From assembly GCA_963745025.1 (NCBI GenBank), contig CAVUWD010000010.1, forward strand, positions 128,001-192,000: 64,000 bases of DNA. The letters run 5' to 3'. Shown here piece by piece: positions 1-9,614 of this stretch. The notes below the pieces were generated by a model, which was given only the letters and a program-made list of their open reading frames with translations, was not told where the DNA came from and ran no database searches. The stretch is from an uncultured delta proteobacterium (GTDB taxonomy: Bacteria; Desulfobacterota; Binatia; JACPRU01). Made by a program: the position numbers and the translations under genes. How positions within the stretch are numbered: position 1 is the first letter of the stretch; every line of letters starts with the position of its first letter.

Positions 1-10
1 CCGCGAAGGG

Positions 11-610
11 GTGAGCTCGCTCGCCGTGCTCGGCCTCCTCGTGCTGCTGGTCTTTCAGTTCGCCTTTCCGGAGCGCCCCACGCCCGAGGCGGCCGCGGCG
101 GCGCTCTGGCTCGCCTTCGTCCTGGCCGGGACCATCGGCGCACAGCGCACGTTCCTGCTCGAGCGCGAGAACGCCTGCATGCACGGGCTGGTGACCGCTC
201 CGCTCGATCCCGCCATGATCTTTGTCGCCAAGATGCTCGGCAACGTGGTGATCCTCACCGTGCTCCAGTTCCTCGTGGTGCCGTTGAGCGTGGTCTTCTT
301 CAATGTCACGCCGACGGGTCATCTAGGCTGGTTGGCCGTGGTCTGTTTCCTCGGCAACGTCGGCTTCTCCGCGGTGACGACGCTGTTTGCCGCGATCTCG
401 GTGCGGATCCGGGCCCGCGAGGTGATGTTGCCGCTGCTCGTCCTGCCGCTCGTCTCGCCGCTCTTGATCGCGGCCGTCAAGGCTTCGGCGCGCTTGCTCG
501 GCGACGGCTCGGTGGCCGAGGTCTCGGTCTGGATCCAGGTGCTGGCCGCGTTCGACGTGATCTTCGCCGCCAGCGGCTGGCTCTTGTTCGAGTACGTGGT
601 TCGGGAATAG
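11..610 (+). CDS. ccmB: Heme exporter membrane protein CcmB (5' end may lie before the window)
   Basis: Hydrophobic ORF with ERENxCxxGL, IFVAKxxGN and REVMLPLLVLP motifs, directly upstream of ccmC. Confidence 0.9.
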   Translation: MSSLAVLGLLVLLVFQFAFPERPTPEAAAAALWLAFVLAGTIGAQRTFLLERENACMHGLVTAPLDPAMIFVAKMLGNVVILTVLQFLVVPLSVVFFNVTPTGHLGWLAVVCFLGNVGFSAVTTLFAAISVRIRAREVMLPLLVLPLVSPLLIAAVKASARLLGDGSVAEVSVWIQVLAAFDVIFAASGWLLFEYVVRE

Positions 611-623
611 AAGCGGAGGGGCG

Positions 624-1319
624 ATGAAACGACTTGGCTCGTGGACGGAGCGGTTGCTCCCCTTGCTCGTCGGCCCGGGAATGCTCGGTTCCCTCTACCT
701 GATCTTCATGGTGGTGCCGACCGAGCGGGTGCAGGGGATCGTCCAGCGGATCTTCTACTTCCATGTTCCGGCGGCCTGGGCCGCCTTTCTCGGATTCTTC
801 GTCGTCGCGATCGCCGGCAGCCTCTTCCTGTGGAGCGGTCGCGCCGCCTACGACCGTGTCGCCCGTGCCGCAGCCGAGATCGGCATGATCTTCTGCACTC
901 TGGTGCTCCTCACCGGCCCGATCTGGGCGCGACCGATCTGGGGGGCGTGGTGGACCTGGGATCCACGCCTCACCATGACGATGATCCTGTGGACGATCTA
1001 CGCCTCCTACCTTCTCCTGCGCGCCTTCGGCGGCGCCGAGGAGGCGGTGGCGCGCTACGCCGCCGTGCTCGGCATCGTCGGGGCGCTCGACATCCCGCTG
1101 ATCATGATCTCGGTGCGGCTGTGGCGCGGCATCCACCCGTCCGTGATCACTGCCCGTCCCGGCGAGGGGGGGCTCGCCGACCCGAGCATGCGCTTCACGC
1201 TCCTCTTCACGGGCCTCTGCTTCGTGCTTCTATTCGTTTGGATGCTGCTCGTCCGGCTGCGGGCGCTGCACGTCGAGGACGAAATCGAGGCCGTTCACCG
1301 CCGGATCCATCCCGCCTGA
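624..1319 (+). CDS. ccmC: Cytochrome c biogenesis heme exporter CcmC
   Basis: RIFYFHVP and WWD motif WARPIWGAWWTWDPRLT; second His in RGIHP; GGAGG RBS. Confidence 0.95.
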   Translation: MKRLGSWTERLLPLLVGPGMLGSLYLIFMVVPTERVQGIVQRIFYFHVPAAWAAFLGFFVVAIAGSLFLWSGRAAYDRVARAAAEIGMIFCTLVLLTGPIWARPIWGAWWTWDPRLTMTMILWTIYASYLLLRAFGGAEEAVARYAAVLGIVGALDIPLIMISVRLWRGIHPSVITARPGEGGLADPSMRFTLLFTGLCFVLLFVWMLLVRLRALHVEDEIEAVHRRIHPA

Positions 1320-1329
1320 GGCGACCTGC

Positions 1330-1479
1330 ATGGAAAACTTCCCGTATCTCTTCTCGGCTTACGCGATCGTGTGGATCGTGCTCTTCGTCTACCTCTTCTC
1401 CCTGGATCGCCGCGGTCGCCGGGCCGAGCACGATCTCGAAGAGCTCCGTAAGCTCTTGCGCGCGAAGGAAGCGAAGTGA
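1330..1479 (+). CDS. ccmD: CcmD family small membrane protein (49 aa, below the ORF-track cutoff)
   Basis: MENFPYLFSAYAIVWIVLFVYLFSLDRRGRRAEHDLEELRKLLRAKEAK: one TM helix plus charged tail, immediately after ccmC. Confidence 0.88.
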   Translation: MENFPYLFSAYAIVWIVLFVYLFSLDRRGRRAEHDLEELRKLLRAKEAK

Positions 1480-1566
1480 AGCCGGTGCCGGTCGCCCCCA
1501 CCCGCCGGCCCTCGCCGATTCGCGCCTCGATGCCGGGCTGATCGCCGAGCGGTTCGCTCGAGCCGC

Positions 1567-2958
1567 TCAGCCCGCCGGATCGAGCCCCCCTGCTCTGCGA
1601 GGCTCCTGGGCTTCGCCCCGAGCGTGCTGCTTCGCAAGCGCGCGCCCGGCTTCGATCAGCGCGGGCACGCCGATCCCTCGCAGGTAGTTCCCGAGCAGAT
1701 GCAAGCCGGGGATGCGCGCGAGCGCGAGATCGACCGCGTCGAGGCGCGCGGGATGGGCCAGGTCGTAGCGCGGCAGAACCGAGCGATAGCGAAGCACGCG
1801 CGACCAGGGCGGGTCGCCGGACAGGCCGAGCAGCGGGAAGACTTCGCGCTCCACGATGGCGAGAATCTCCGGGTCGGACATCTCGGCCACTTCCGGATGC
1901 CGTGCGCCGCCGAGCAGGGTCCTCAGGAGCACCGTGCCGCGAGGCGCGCAGTCGGGATCGATGGAGGAGGAGAACAGCGTGCCGAGATGGAGGCGCTTCT
2001 CGCGCGAGGGGACGAGATAGCCGAAGCCGTCGAGCGGGTGCGCGACGCGCTCGCGCGGCCAAGCGTGGATCACGCAGGCGAGGCTCTCGAAGGAGATCGT
2101 CGCCAGCTCGCGCGATGCCTCCGGGCTCGCTTCACCGAGCAGCTCGGCCGCCGCTCGCGCGGACGTGGCGACGACCACGCGTGCGCAGTCGAAGAGCTCG
2201 CCGCCGGCGATCACGCGGAAGCGGGCGCCCTGTCTCCGCAGCGACTCCACCGGCGTCGAGAGCCTCAAGCGCGGCAGGAGGCTCTCGGCGAGCGCGCGCG
2301 TCAGCGATCCCATGCCTCCGCGCGGCTTGCACAAGGTCGGCGCGGCAGACGCGGCGCGGTCGCGCTTTCTCTTGAACAACGCCTTGGTGACGCTCCCGTG
2401 ATCCTCGACCATCCGCGCGAGGTCAGGGAACGTCGCCCGCAGCGAGAGCTGCTCCGGGTCGCCCGCCCAGACGCCGCTGACGAACGGGTCGAGCAGCGAT
2501 TCCACGACCTCTTGTCCGAAGCGGTGGCGCACGAACTCCGCCAGCGAGCCGCCGAGCGCGACCCGCGGGTCGCGGCGGAACTCCCCGAGAATCCGCAGTT
2601 TGCCACCCCAGGAGAGCAGCGGGCTCGACAAGAAGGAGAGCGGCGAGAGCGCGACCAGGTGTCCTCGATGGCAAAGAAAGCGCTTGTGCGCACCGCGCGG
2701 AGCCGGCACGAGCTCGAGGGCGAGCTCCGAGAAGAGCGCCACGACCTCGGGCGATCCCGACCGCAGCGCTTCGGGCCCGCGCTCGTAGCGCAGCTCGCCC
2801 CCCGCGCCGTCCCAGACGCCCCGCTCGGTGCGAACCCAGCCGCCGGTCGAGTCGGAGGCTTCGACCACCGCGAGGTCGGCATCGGGGCCTCGCGCGTGCG
2901 CGTAGGCGAGGCCCGAGATCCCCGCGCCGATCACCAGCGTGTCGAGCGAGCGGCTCAT
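1567..2958 (-). CDS. hemY: Protoporphyrinogen/coproporphyrinogen oxidase (HemY family)
   Basis: VIGAGISGL FAD motif, YERGP, PFVSGVWAGDPEQLS, GFGYLVP, GNYLRGIGV; start taken at ATG 2958. Confidence 0.93.
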   Translation of the reverse strand: MSRSLDTLVIGAGISGLAYAHARGPDADLAVVEASDSTGGWVRTERGVWDGAGGELRYERGPEALRSGSPEVVALFSELALELVPAPRGAHKRFLCHRGHLVALSPLSFLSSPLLSWGGKLRILGEFRRDPRVALGGSLAEFVRHRFGQEVVESLLDPFVSGVWAGDPEQLSLRATFPDLARMVEDHGSVTKALFKRKRDRAASAAPTLCKPRGGMGSLTRALAESLLPRLRLSTPVESLRRQGARFRVIAGGELFDCARVVVATSARAAAELLGEASPEASRELATISFESLACVIHAWPRERVAHPLDGFGYLVPSREKRLHLGTLFSSSIDPDCAPRGTVLLRTLLGGARHPEVAEMSDPEILAIVEREVFPLLGLSGDPPWSRVLRYRSVLPRYDLAHPARLDAVDLALARIPGLHLLGNYLRGIGVPALIEAGRALAKQHARGEAQEPRRAGGLDPAG

Positions 2959-3101
2959 ACGGGGGCCTCGCGCGCGCACACCGCGCGATGCTCGGCGAGG
3001 TGCCGGCCGGCTTGCCGCATGAGCCGGACGGGAGTTCGCGGAACCAGCTCGCGGCGCAGCGCCCGCAGGAGCAATCGACCGGGAGCGGTCGGGTGGATCA
3101 C
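2955..3101 (-). pseudogene. hemE: N-terminal remnant of uroporphyrinogen decarboxylase (48 aa)
   Basis: LLRALRRELVPRTPVRLMRQAGRHLAEHRAVC resembles the HemE signature LRALxxExVxRTPVWxMRQAGRYLPEYR; overlaps hemL stop (GTGA) and hemY start (ATGA). Confidence 0.85.
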
Positions 3102-4396
3102 GCGGGGCGCGCCTCCCCGAGCGCTTGCAGCGACGCCTGGAGCGCGGCGGCCGCCTGCTCGAGGTGGCTCGTCTCGTGCGCCGTCGAAACGAAGGCGACC
3201 TCGTAGTAGGAGGGCGCGAGCCAGATCCCGCGTTGCAGAAGCAGCGGATGGATCTCCGCGTAGCGCTCCGCGCCGCGCGGGTCGATGCGGTGGTAGGCGC
3301 GGGGCGCGGGAGCCGGCTCGAGCCAGAGCCCGAGCACGGAGCCGACGCGCGAGACGCATCCCGGCACCCCGGCGCGCTCGAACGCGAGCCGGATGCCCTG
3401 CTCGAAGCGCTCGCCCAGATCCTCGAGCCGCGCGTACGCGCCGGGCCGGTCGAGCTCGCGCAGCGTAGCCAGACCCGCCGCCATCGCCAACGGATTGCCG
3501 GAGAGCGTGCCGGCCTGGTAGACGGGCCCGAGCGGAGCAACGTGCCGCATGAGGTCTTCGCGCGCTAGATAGGCGCCGACGGGCATGCCGCCGCCGAGGA
3601 TCTTGCCGAGCGTCACGACGTCCGGCCGGATGCCGGAGATCTCGCTCATCCCGCCCGGCGCGACGCGGAAGCCGCTGATCACCTCGTCGAAGATCAGCAG
3701 AGCGCCGTGTTGGTGCGTCAGCTCGCGCAACGTCTGCAGGAACTCGCGACGCTGCACCAGGAGACCGGCGTTCGCGGGCAGCGGCTCGATCACCACGGCG
3801 GCGATCTCGGCTCCCTTGCGCGCGAAGAGCTCGCGAGCGGCCGCTTCGTCGTCGAGCGGCAGCACCTCCGTCAGCGCCGTGACCTCGGGCGGCACTCCTG
3901 CGGACGAGGGCGTGCCGAAGGTCGCGAGCCCGGAGCCCCCCTTCACGAGCAGCCCGTCGGAGTGTCCGTGGTAGCAACCCTCGAACTTGACGAGGCGCGA
4001 GCGTCCCGTTGCGCCGCGCGCGAGACGCACCGCGCTCATCACGGCCTCGGTGCCGGTCGAGACGAAACGCAACTGGTCGCAGAAGGGGAAGCGCGCGAGC
4101 GCGGCCTCCGCGAGCTCGATTTCCGCGGCACAGGTGGCTCCGAAGGAGAGGCCGTCGCGCGCGGCGCGCGTCACCGCCTCGACCACGGCGGGATGCGCAT
4201 GGCCGAGGATCAACGGGCCCCACGAGCCCACGAAGTCGACGTAGGTGCGACCCTCGGTGTCGGTGACGAGCGCACCGGAGCCCCGAGCGACGAACCGCGG
4301 GTCGCCGCGGACGGCGCGAAACGCCCGCACCGGGCTCGACACGCCGCCCGGCATTACCTTGCGCGCTCGCGCGAACAGATCCCCGGTGTTCTTCAT
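3098..4396 (-). CDS. hemL: Glutamate-1-semialdehyde 2,1-aminomutase
   Basis: MPGGVSSPVRAF, SWGPLILGH, FEGCYHGH, LIFDEV, LGKILGGGMPVG, YQAGTLSGNP; GGAGG RBS before ATG 4396. Confidence 0.97.
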   Translation of the reverse strand: MKNTGDLFARARKVMPGGVSSPVRAFRAVRGDPRFVARGSGALVTDTEGRTYVDFVGSWGPLILGHAHPAVVEAVTRAARDGLSFGATCAAEIELAEAALARFPFCDQLRFVSTGTEAVMSAVRLARGATGRSRLVKFEGCYHGHSDGLLVKGGSGLATFGTPSSAGVPPEVTALTEVLPLDDEAAARELFARKGAEIAAVVIEPLPANAGLLVQRREFLQTLRELTHQHGALLIFDEVISGFRVAPGGMSEISGIRPDVVTLGKILGGGMPVGAYLAREDLMRHVAPLGPVYQAGTLSGNPLAMAAGLATLRELDRPGAYARLEDLGERFEQGIRLAFERAGVPGCVSRVGSVLGLWLEPAPAPRAYHRIDPRGAERYAEIHPLLLQRGIWLAPSYYEVAFVSTAHETSHLEQAAAALQASLQALGEARPA

Positions 4397-4609
4397 CCAG
4401 ACCTCCTCCAGCGCTTCGCGTGCGCGGCGGGTGTCCACGAGGTCGGCCCCGGCCTGTTAAACGAACCGCTCGTCGAGCCAGCCCTCCGACGCGCCCGCCC
4501 GCATCATGCCGGTACCTCGCCGGAGACTTGGAAGCAAACCCGTTGCCGGAGCCGTCCCTCGCACGACGGACTTGACGCTGCGCGGCCGCCCCGGCAAAGC
4601 CTCAATGCG

Positions 4610-5743
4610 ATGAGCCAGAACCCCGATTCTCGCCGCTTCTGTCCGTCCTGCCGCGCCCCCGCGGTCTCCCGAGCGAGCTTCTGCGCCGCTTGTGGCGCGG
4701 GACTTCCCGGCGGGTCGACGCCGTGGCTGCGCCCGACCCTGCCCGCCTACGCCGTGCTCGCGGCCTTTTTCGCCGTCGGCCTCGGACTCTGGATCTCGCT
4801 GCTGGCTCCGGGCGGCTCGCCGCAGAGTCCGCCGCTCGCCGAGCAGGACCCCGGCGATAAGCCCTCGGCCGGCCGCGAGCTTCCGTCCGATCATCCTCCT
4901 ATCCCGCTGCCGGGCGACGTCGCGAAGCTCCTCGGCGATCTCGAGCGCCAGGCGGAGGCGGCGCCAAAGGACGTTGCCACCTGGAAGCGACTCGCCGAGC
5001 ACGAGTACCGCGCGGGGCGGGTCGACAAGCAGTACCTGGCGAAGGCCGAGAAGGCGTTCCGCCACATCCTCGAGCTCTCCCCGGATGACCGCGATGCCAT
5101 TCGCGGGCTCGGCAACCTCGACTTCGACCGCGACGATTATGCATCGGCCATCACTCACTACTCCCGCTATCTCGAGCTCGACCCGAAGGACTCCGGCGCG
5201 CGCACCGATCTCGGCACCATGTACCTTTATGCCGGCGATGTCGCGAAGGCGATCGCCGAGTATCAAAGGGTGATTGCCGCCGAGCCCGCCTACTTCGAGG
5301 CGCACTTCAATCTCGGCCTCGCCTATCGCCGCAGCGGCGACGAAGACAAAGCGAAGGAGAGCTTGGAGCGCGCCCGTTCGTTCGCTCCGGATGAGCGCTC
5401 GAAGCAGCAGGTCGCGGCGGCGCTCGCCGGGCCCGGCGGCGCGCCTCCTGCGGGTGGAGCGAAGCTCTCCTTCCAGCAGATGATCGAGCGGGGCCTGCGG
5501 GGGCATCCGATCGTTGGGCCCAAGATCGTCGGCTTCGAATGGCCGGGGCCGACTTCCGGGCAGGTGAAGCTCGACGGCTTCCCGCTGGAGGAGATGCCGG
5601 CGCCGGTCCGCGAGCGGTTCCTCGGTCGGCTGGAGAAGGATCTCGCCGATGCGCGCGCCAAGAGCGGCGAATCGGGCGAGGCGCAGCTCGCGCTCGTCGA
5701 CCGGGCGAGCGGCCGCGTCATGGCCACCGTCGTCGTTCGTTGA
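4610..5743 (+). CDS. Zn-ribbon + TM + TPR protein, CcmI/CycH-like cytochrome c maturation factor
   Basis: CPSC..CAAC N-terminus, TM helix, LPSDHPPI motif, several TPR repeats (ARTDLGTMY, AHFNLGLAY). Confidence 0.7.
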   Translation: MSQNPDSRRFCPSCRAPAVSRASFCAACGAGLPGGSTPWLRPTLPAYAVLAAFFAVGLGLWISLLAPGGSPQSPPLAEQDPGDKPSAGRELPSDHPPIPLPGDVAKLLGDLERQAEAAPKDVATWKRLAEHEYRAGRVDKQYLAKAEKAFRHILELSPDDRDAIRGLGNLDFDRDDYASAITHYSRYLELDPKDSGARTDLGTMYLYAGDVAKAIAEYQRVIAAEPAYFEAHFNLGLAYRRSGDEDKAKESLERARSFAPDERSKQQVAAALAGPGGAPPAGGAKLSFQQMIERGLRGHPIVGPKIVGFEWPGPTSGQVKLDGFPLEEMPAPVRERFLGRLEKDLADARAKSGESGEAQLALVDRASGRVMATVVVR

Positions 5744-7992
5744 ACGTTTTCACGATCCGGAATTCCGACCGCGCGGTGCTGCTGTCGGGCGGCGTCGCGA
5801 CGGCGCTCGTGCTCGGCGGCATCGTCGGGATCGGCCTGTTCATCCGCTGTTCGTTCTTCCGCAACTTCGTCAATCCCGAGGGTGGGTTCTTCTTTTACAG
5901 CGTCGACGCCCACGATCACCTGCGGCGCGTCATGCTGGGGATTCAGGCGTTCCCGGCCGTGCCCGTGCGTGATTCGTACATGGGCTATCCCGTTGGCACG
6001 GGCCAGATCTGGTCGCCGCTCTTCGATTACATACTCGCCGCCATCGCGGTTGTCGCGTGCCGCTCGCGGGCGGCGGTCGAAACATTGTGCTTCTTCGCCA
6101 ATCCCGCCTACGCCGGCCTGACGCTGTTGCTGCTCTTCGTCGTCGCGCGCAGGTTGTTGAGCCACACGCCCGCCGCGCTGGCCGCCGCCTTTCTTCTCGC
6201 GCTCTCGCCTGGGCACATCTCTTACACTCACCCGATGAACTTCGACCACCATGTTTTCGAGCCCATAGCCATTCTCGTCCTCACGGCCCTCGTCTTCCTG
6301 GAGCGGGACGATCGGTTGAGCATCGCCGGCACGTGCGGGGTTGCCGTCGCGCTGGTGATCACCATTTTCATGTGGCGAGGCAGCACCATCTACTGGGGGC
6401 TCACCTTCCTGCGCGTGCTGATCTGGTCGCTGGCGGCGCGTCGACCGCGGCTCGCCCGCGAGTATGCCCGTGGCTTTGCGGCGGCGGCCGTGGCGCTCGC
6501 TGTCTTCGTCTGGATGGATCCGTGGGGCAACGCGCGCAACGTCTCTTTCGGGATCGTTTCCGGTTTTCACGTCATCCTGCTCGGCTTGGCGGCGCTATGC
6601 CTCGGCGTCGTAGGCCGTGCGGCCGACCGCCGGCAGAGCGCCATCGCGCTGGCCGCGGTTGCCCTGGGGGTCCTGCTTTCACTGACACTGTCGCCGGTCC
6701 GCGAGGTCCTCCACAGCCTCTCGGCCGGTCTGGCCTTCTTCGGCCGCAGCGGAGACCCATGGTTGGCTTCCAACAGTGAATTGAAAGGCACCTTTTATCA
6801 CGGAGGCTTTTTCGCCGGCGCCACGTACCTGACCTTGTACTGGTTCCTCGCCCCGGGCGCGGTTGCGCACGCCTTCGGGCGCTGGCTGCGCGCGGAGGGA
6901 AGCGACAGGCAGCTCTTTGCCTTCTGCTTCATCGGTCCCTTGTTCGCCATGGGGTTGGTGCTGCGCTACGTGCACATCGCCGGTCTGGCGACGGCCTTTG
7001 CCGGCGGGTACCTGTTCGCACTGGCTTGGGAGAAATGGCGCCAGCCCATGGCCAGAGCCGGAGCCGTCGCATCGCTGCTCCTGCTGCTGCTGCCCTCTCT
7101 GCCTCATTACCAGGACACCCTGCAAAGCCGACTACCCGATCCCATGCGAATGGGGCTCTTTGGTTCCAAAGGCGTGCTGACCTGGCTGCGGGACAACACG
7201 CCCAAGACCGCGCACTATCTGGATCCGATCGCGGTGCCGGAATACGGCGTCATGGCGGAGTGGGACCTGGGGGCCATGATCTATCAGGTGGCCGAGCGAC
7301 CGGCCGTCTCTACGGCTTTCGGATGGGAGACGCACGGATTCTACGAAGAGAACACCTTCATGGCGACGACCGAGGCGGAGGTCGCCGAGCAAATTCTGAA
7401 CGACAATCGGGTGCGGTACGTGCTGCTGCGGGCGTATCAGGCGCGGGCGATGCACTTCGCCATCGCCGAATACGGCGTCAAGGAAGGGAAGATCCCACGC
7501 GCGCTGGTCGGCACGTATCAGCCCGACAAATCAATATACACTCGGCTCATGTACAATGACGGCGCGGCCTATCGCTCGGGCGCAGAGATCGTGCCCGGTC
7601 TCGAGCAGTACCGCCTGCTCTACGAATCCGACTACCTCGCCAGCGACGACCCGGGCCACGGGCTCAGCTACTACAAGGTGTTCGAGTTCGTTCGAGGCGC
7701 GCGCGTCCTAGGAACGGCCACGCCAGGAAGCGACGTCGCCCTCGAACTGCCTCTCCTGACCTCCCGGCGTCGACTCCTTCGATACACCAACTGGACGAAG
7801 GCGACGCAAGACGGCCGCTTCATGCTCACCCTGCCGTACGCGACCAACGTGGCGCAGGGCGACACCGCGGCACAGGGTGCGTACGCGATCGTCGACGACA
7901 ACGGGCGCAGAGCCAGCCTGGAAGTGACGGAAGCGGATGTCGTCTCCGGCAACTCGCTCAGCGTGATACTGGCCGAGCCCGAGGGGAGATGA
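5740..7992 (+). CDS. STT3/PglB/AglB family oligosaccharyltransferase
   Basis: Multi-TM N-terminus with VDAHDHLRR, FDHHVFE and SNSELK motifs; soluble C-domain with VMAEWDLG (WWDxG equivalent); TTG start overlapping upstream TGA. Confidence 0.85.
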   Translation: MNVFTIRNSDRAVLLSGGVATALVLGGIVGIGLFIRCSFFRNFVNPEGGFFFYSVDAHDHLRRVMLGIQAFPAVPVRDSYMGYPVGTGQIWSPLFDYILAAIAVVACRSRAAVETLCFFANPAYAGLTLLLLFVVARRLLSHTPAALAAAFLLALSPGHISYTHPMNFDHHVFEPIAILVLTALVFLERDDRLSIAGTCGVAVALVITIFMWRGSTIYWGLTFLRVLIWSLAARRPRLAREYARGFAAAAVALAVFVWMDPWGNARNVSFGIVSGFHVILLGLAALCLGVVGRAADRRQSAIALAAVALGVLLSLTLSPVREVLHSLSAGLAFFGRSGDPWLASNSELKGTFYHGGFFAGATYLTLYWFLAPGAVAHAFGRWLRAEGSDRQLFAFCFIGPLFAMGLVLRYVHIAGLATAFAGGYLFALAWEKWRQPMARAGAVASLLLLLLPSLPHYQDTLQSRLPDPMRMGLFGSKGVLTWLRDNTPKTAHYLDPIAVPEYGVMAEWDLGAMIYQVAERPAVSTAFGWETHGFYEENTFMATTEAEVAEQILNDNRVRYVLLRAYQARAMHFAIAEYGVKEGKIPRALVGTYQPDKSIYTRLMYNDGAAYRSGAEIVPGLEQYRLLYESDYLASDDPGHGLSYYKVFEFVRGARVLGTATPGSDVALELPLLTSRRRLLRYTNWTKATQDGRFMLTLPYATNVAQGDTAAQGAYAIVDDNGRRASLEVTEADVVSGNSLSVILAEPEGR

Positions 7993-8105
7993 CGGGAGGG
8001 TGATTCGACGTCCGATTGGGCTCCTGCGATGAGGCGTGATGCGCTGCCCGCGTTGACGCAGGATTTGCGGTTGCAGGCACTCGTGAAAGCAGGATACTCG
8101 AAGTC

Positions 8106-9503
8106 GTGGCAGCCCCGCACCGCTTCACCAAGCCGCTGGCCGCCGGATTCTTTTGTTGCGCCGTGATTCTACGGGCGTTGCTGTGTTGGGCGAACCCTCC
8201 GGCGAACTCCTTTGACGATCATTTCGCGCCGATCTTCATGACAATGAAGTCCGGCGTCATTCCCCCGAAAGACGCCTGCTATCAGTGTTACCATCCGCCC
8301 GTCTTCTACGGCATCTCCGCGCTGATTGGTAACGTGGCTGTTCGTGCGGGCGCCACGCTACCGCAGTTGATGAAACTCCTGCAATCCGTCTCCTGTGTTT
8401 ATGGGATATTGACCGTCGGTGTTTGCTACCTGATTGTCAGGAAATTTCCGCTCTCCGACTTCTCGATGTTGATATCGTTTGGGACCGTCTGCTTCCTGCC
8501 TCGTCATATCTACATGTCGGCAATGCACTCGAATGACACCATATCATATTTGTTCGTGGCGCTTGCGATATACATTGCCGTCGTTGTGATTGAGCGGGGA
8601 TTTCCCCCGCTGGATGCCGGCGTCTTGAGCGTGATCCTCACGATCGCGGAATTTACCAAGTACACCGCTTTGGTGGTTCTCCCGGTGGCAGTGACGGCCT
8701 TGTTTTCGGCTGTTCGCCACCGGCTGATCGTTTCGCGAAAAAGGGCTGTCTGCTTGGCCCTCGGCATGCTGGCGCTGCCCCTGACGACTTTAGCGGGTTA
8801 CATGCTGTCGAATGTGCGGCACTACGACAGCCCGCTGCCCTCGAACGTCGCGATCTATGATTCGACCGCCCACAGGCCCCGTGATGCGGGGGGAATCAGT
8901 TTCTTTACGTTCAAGCCATGGGAAGACATGCGGACCCCGATGCTGGCGCCGGGGAAGCTGCATTCCTTCTGGACGCTGATTTACAGCGGGATGTGGTTCG
9001 ACACCGAGCCGTATTTTCTGCGCTTCCTCGATGCAGACACCGGCTGGTGGAAGCATTATTACCGTTGGTACCGGGGAGAGGAGGGCTATCCAGGTGAAAA
9101 TCCTTCCTTGTCTCATTTCACGAGCCTGGCGGGTTTCGGGCTGATCGGGATGGGGCTGGTTCCCTTGGTGTTGATTCTGCTCGGCTTCGTTTGTTGTGTC
9201 ACCGGGAGATGGAGCGGGGTGAAGCAAGCCACCGTTTCGCAACGGATCAGCATGAGCATGTTCCCCGTGCTGGCGGTATTCAATGCGGCGGGAGTCATTG
9301 CGCTGACCATGAAATTGCCGGTCTACAACTCGATGAAAGCGTCCTACTTTCTGAACTCGACGCCCGCGTTCATGGTGTTCCTCGGCCTGGGGGTGATGCG
9401 TTGTGAGCGGAATGCAACCGTGAAGCGGATCGTTGCGGTGACCTTTGGTGGGTTGTTCACGCTCGCGACCCTGCATATTCTCCACATCGTCCTTGCCATC
9501 TAG
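8106..9503 (+). CDS. GT-C fold (ArnT/PMT, GT39-like) membrane glycosyltransferase
   Basis: Polytopic membrane protein with FDDH, YHPPVFY, HSND and FTKYT motifs; visibly lower GC than flanks. Confidence 0.65.
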   Translation: MAAPHRFTKPLAAGFFCCAVILRALLCWANPPANSFDDHFAPIFMTMKSGVIPPKDACYQCYHPPVFYGISALIGNVAVRAGATLPQLMKLLQSVSCVYGILTVGVCYLIVRKFPLSDFSMLISFGTVCFLPRHIYMSAMHSNDTISYLFVALAIYIAVVVIERGFPPLDAGVLSVILTIAEFTKYTALVVLPVAVTALFSAVRHRLIVSRKRAVCLALGMLALPLTTLAGYMLSNVRHYDSPLPSNVAIYDSTAHRPRDAGGISFFTFKPWEDMRTPMLAPGKLHSFWTLIYSGMWFDTEPYFLRFLDADTGWWKHYYRWYRGEEGYPGENPSLSHFTSLAGFGLIGMGLVPLVLILLGFVCCVTGRWSGVKQATVSQRISMSMFPVLAVFNAAGVIALTMKLPVYNSMKASYFLNSTPAFMVFLGLGVMRCERNATVKRIVAVTFGGLFTLATLHILHIVLAI

Positions 9504-9614
9504 CAGCAGGTGAAGGGAAATTGCGGATGTGGTGGGCGGACTTCGGCTACGGCTACGAGTACGCGATCATCGTCGGGGACGCCGCCGTCACTTGGAGTGC
9601 GGTGAGGTAGCGGC

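Noticed and set aside
1567-3540. 657-aa ORF as a long HemY fusion
   Set aside because: The first ~190 aa are an alternative frame of hemL; the FAD motif starts after ATG 2958
4520-4605. Possible GEMM-I (c-di-GMP/cGAMP) riboswitch (GCAAACCC...GCAAAGCC)
   Set aside because: Lacks the GAAA tetraloop stem and GACGCAAA spacing; no convincing GEMM was seen before the cytochrome genes either
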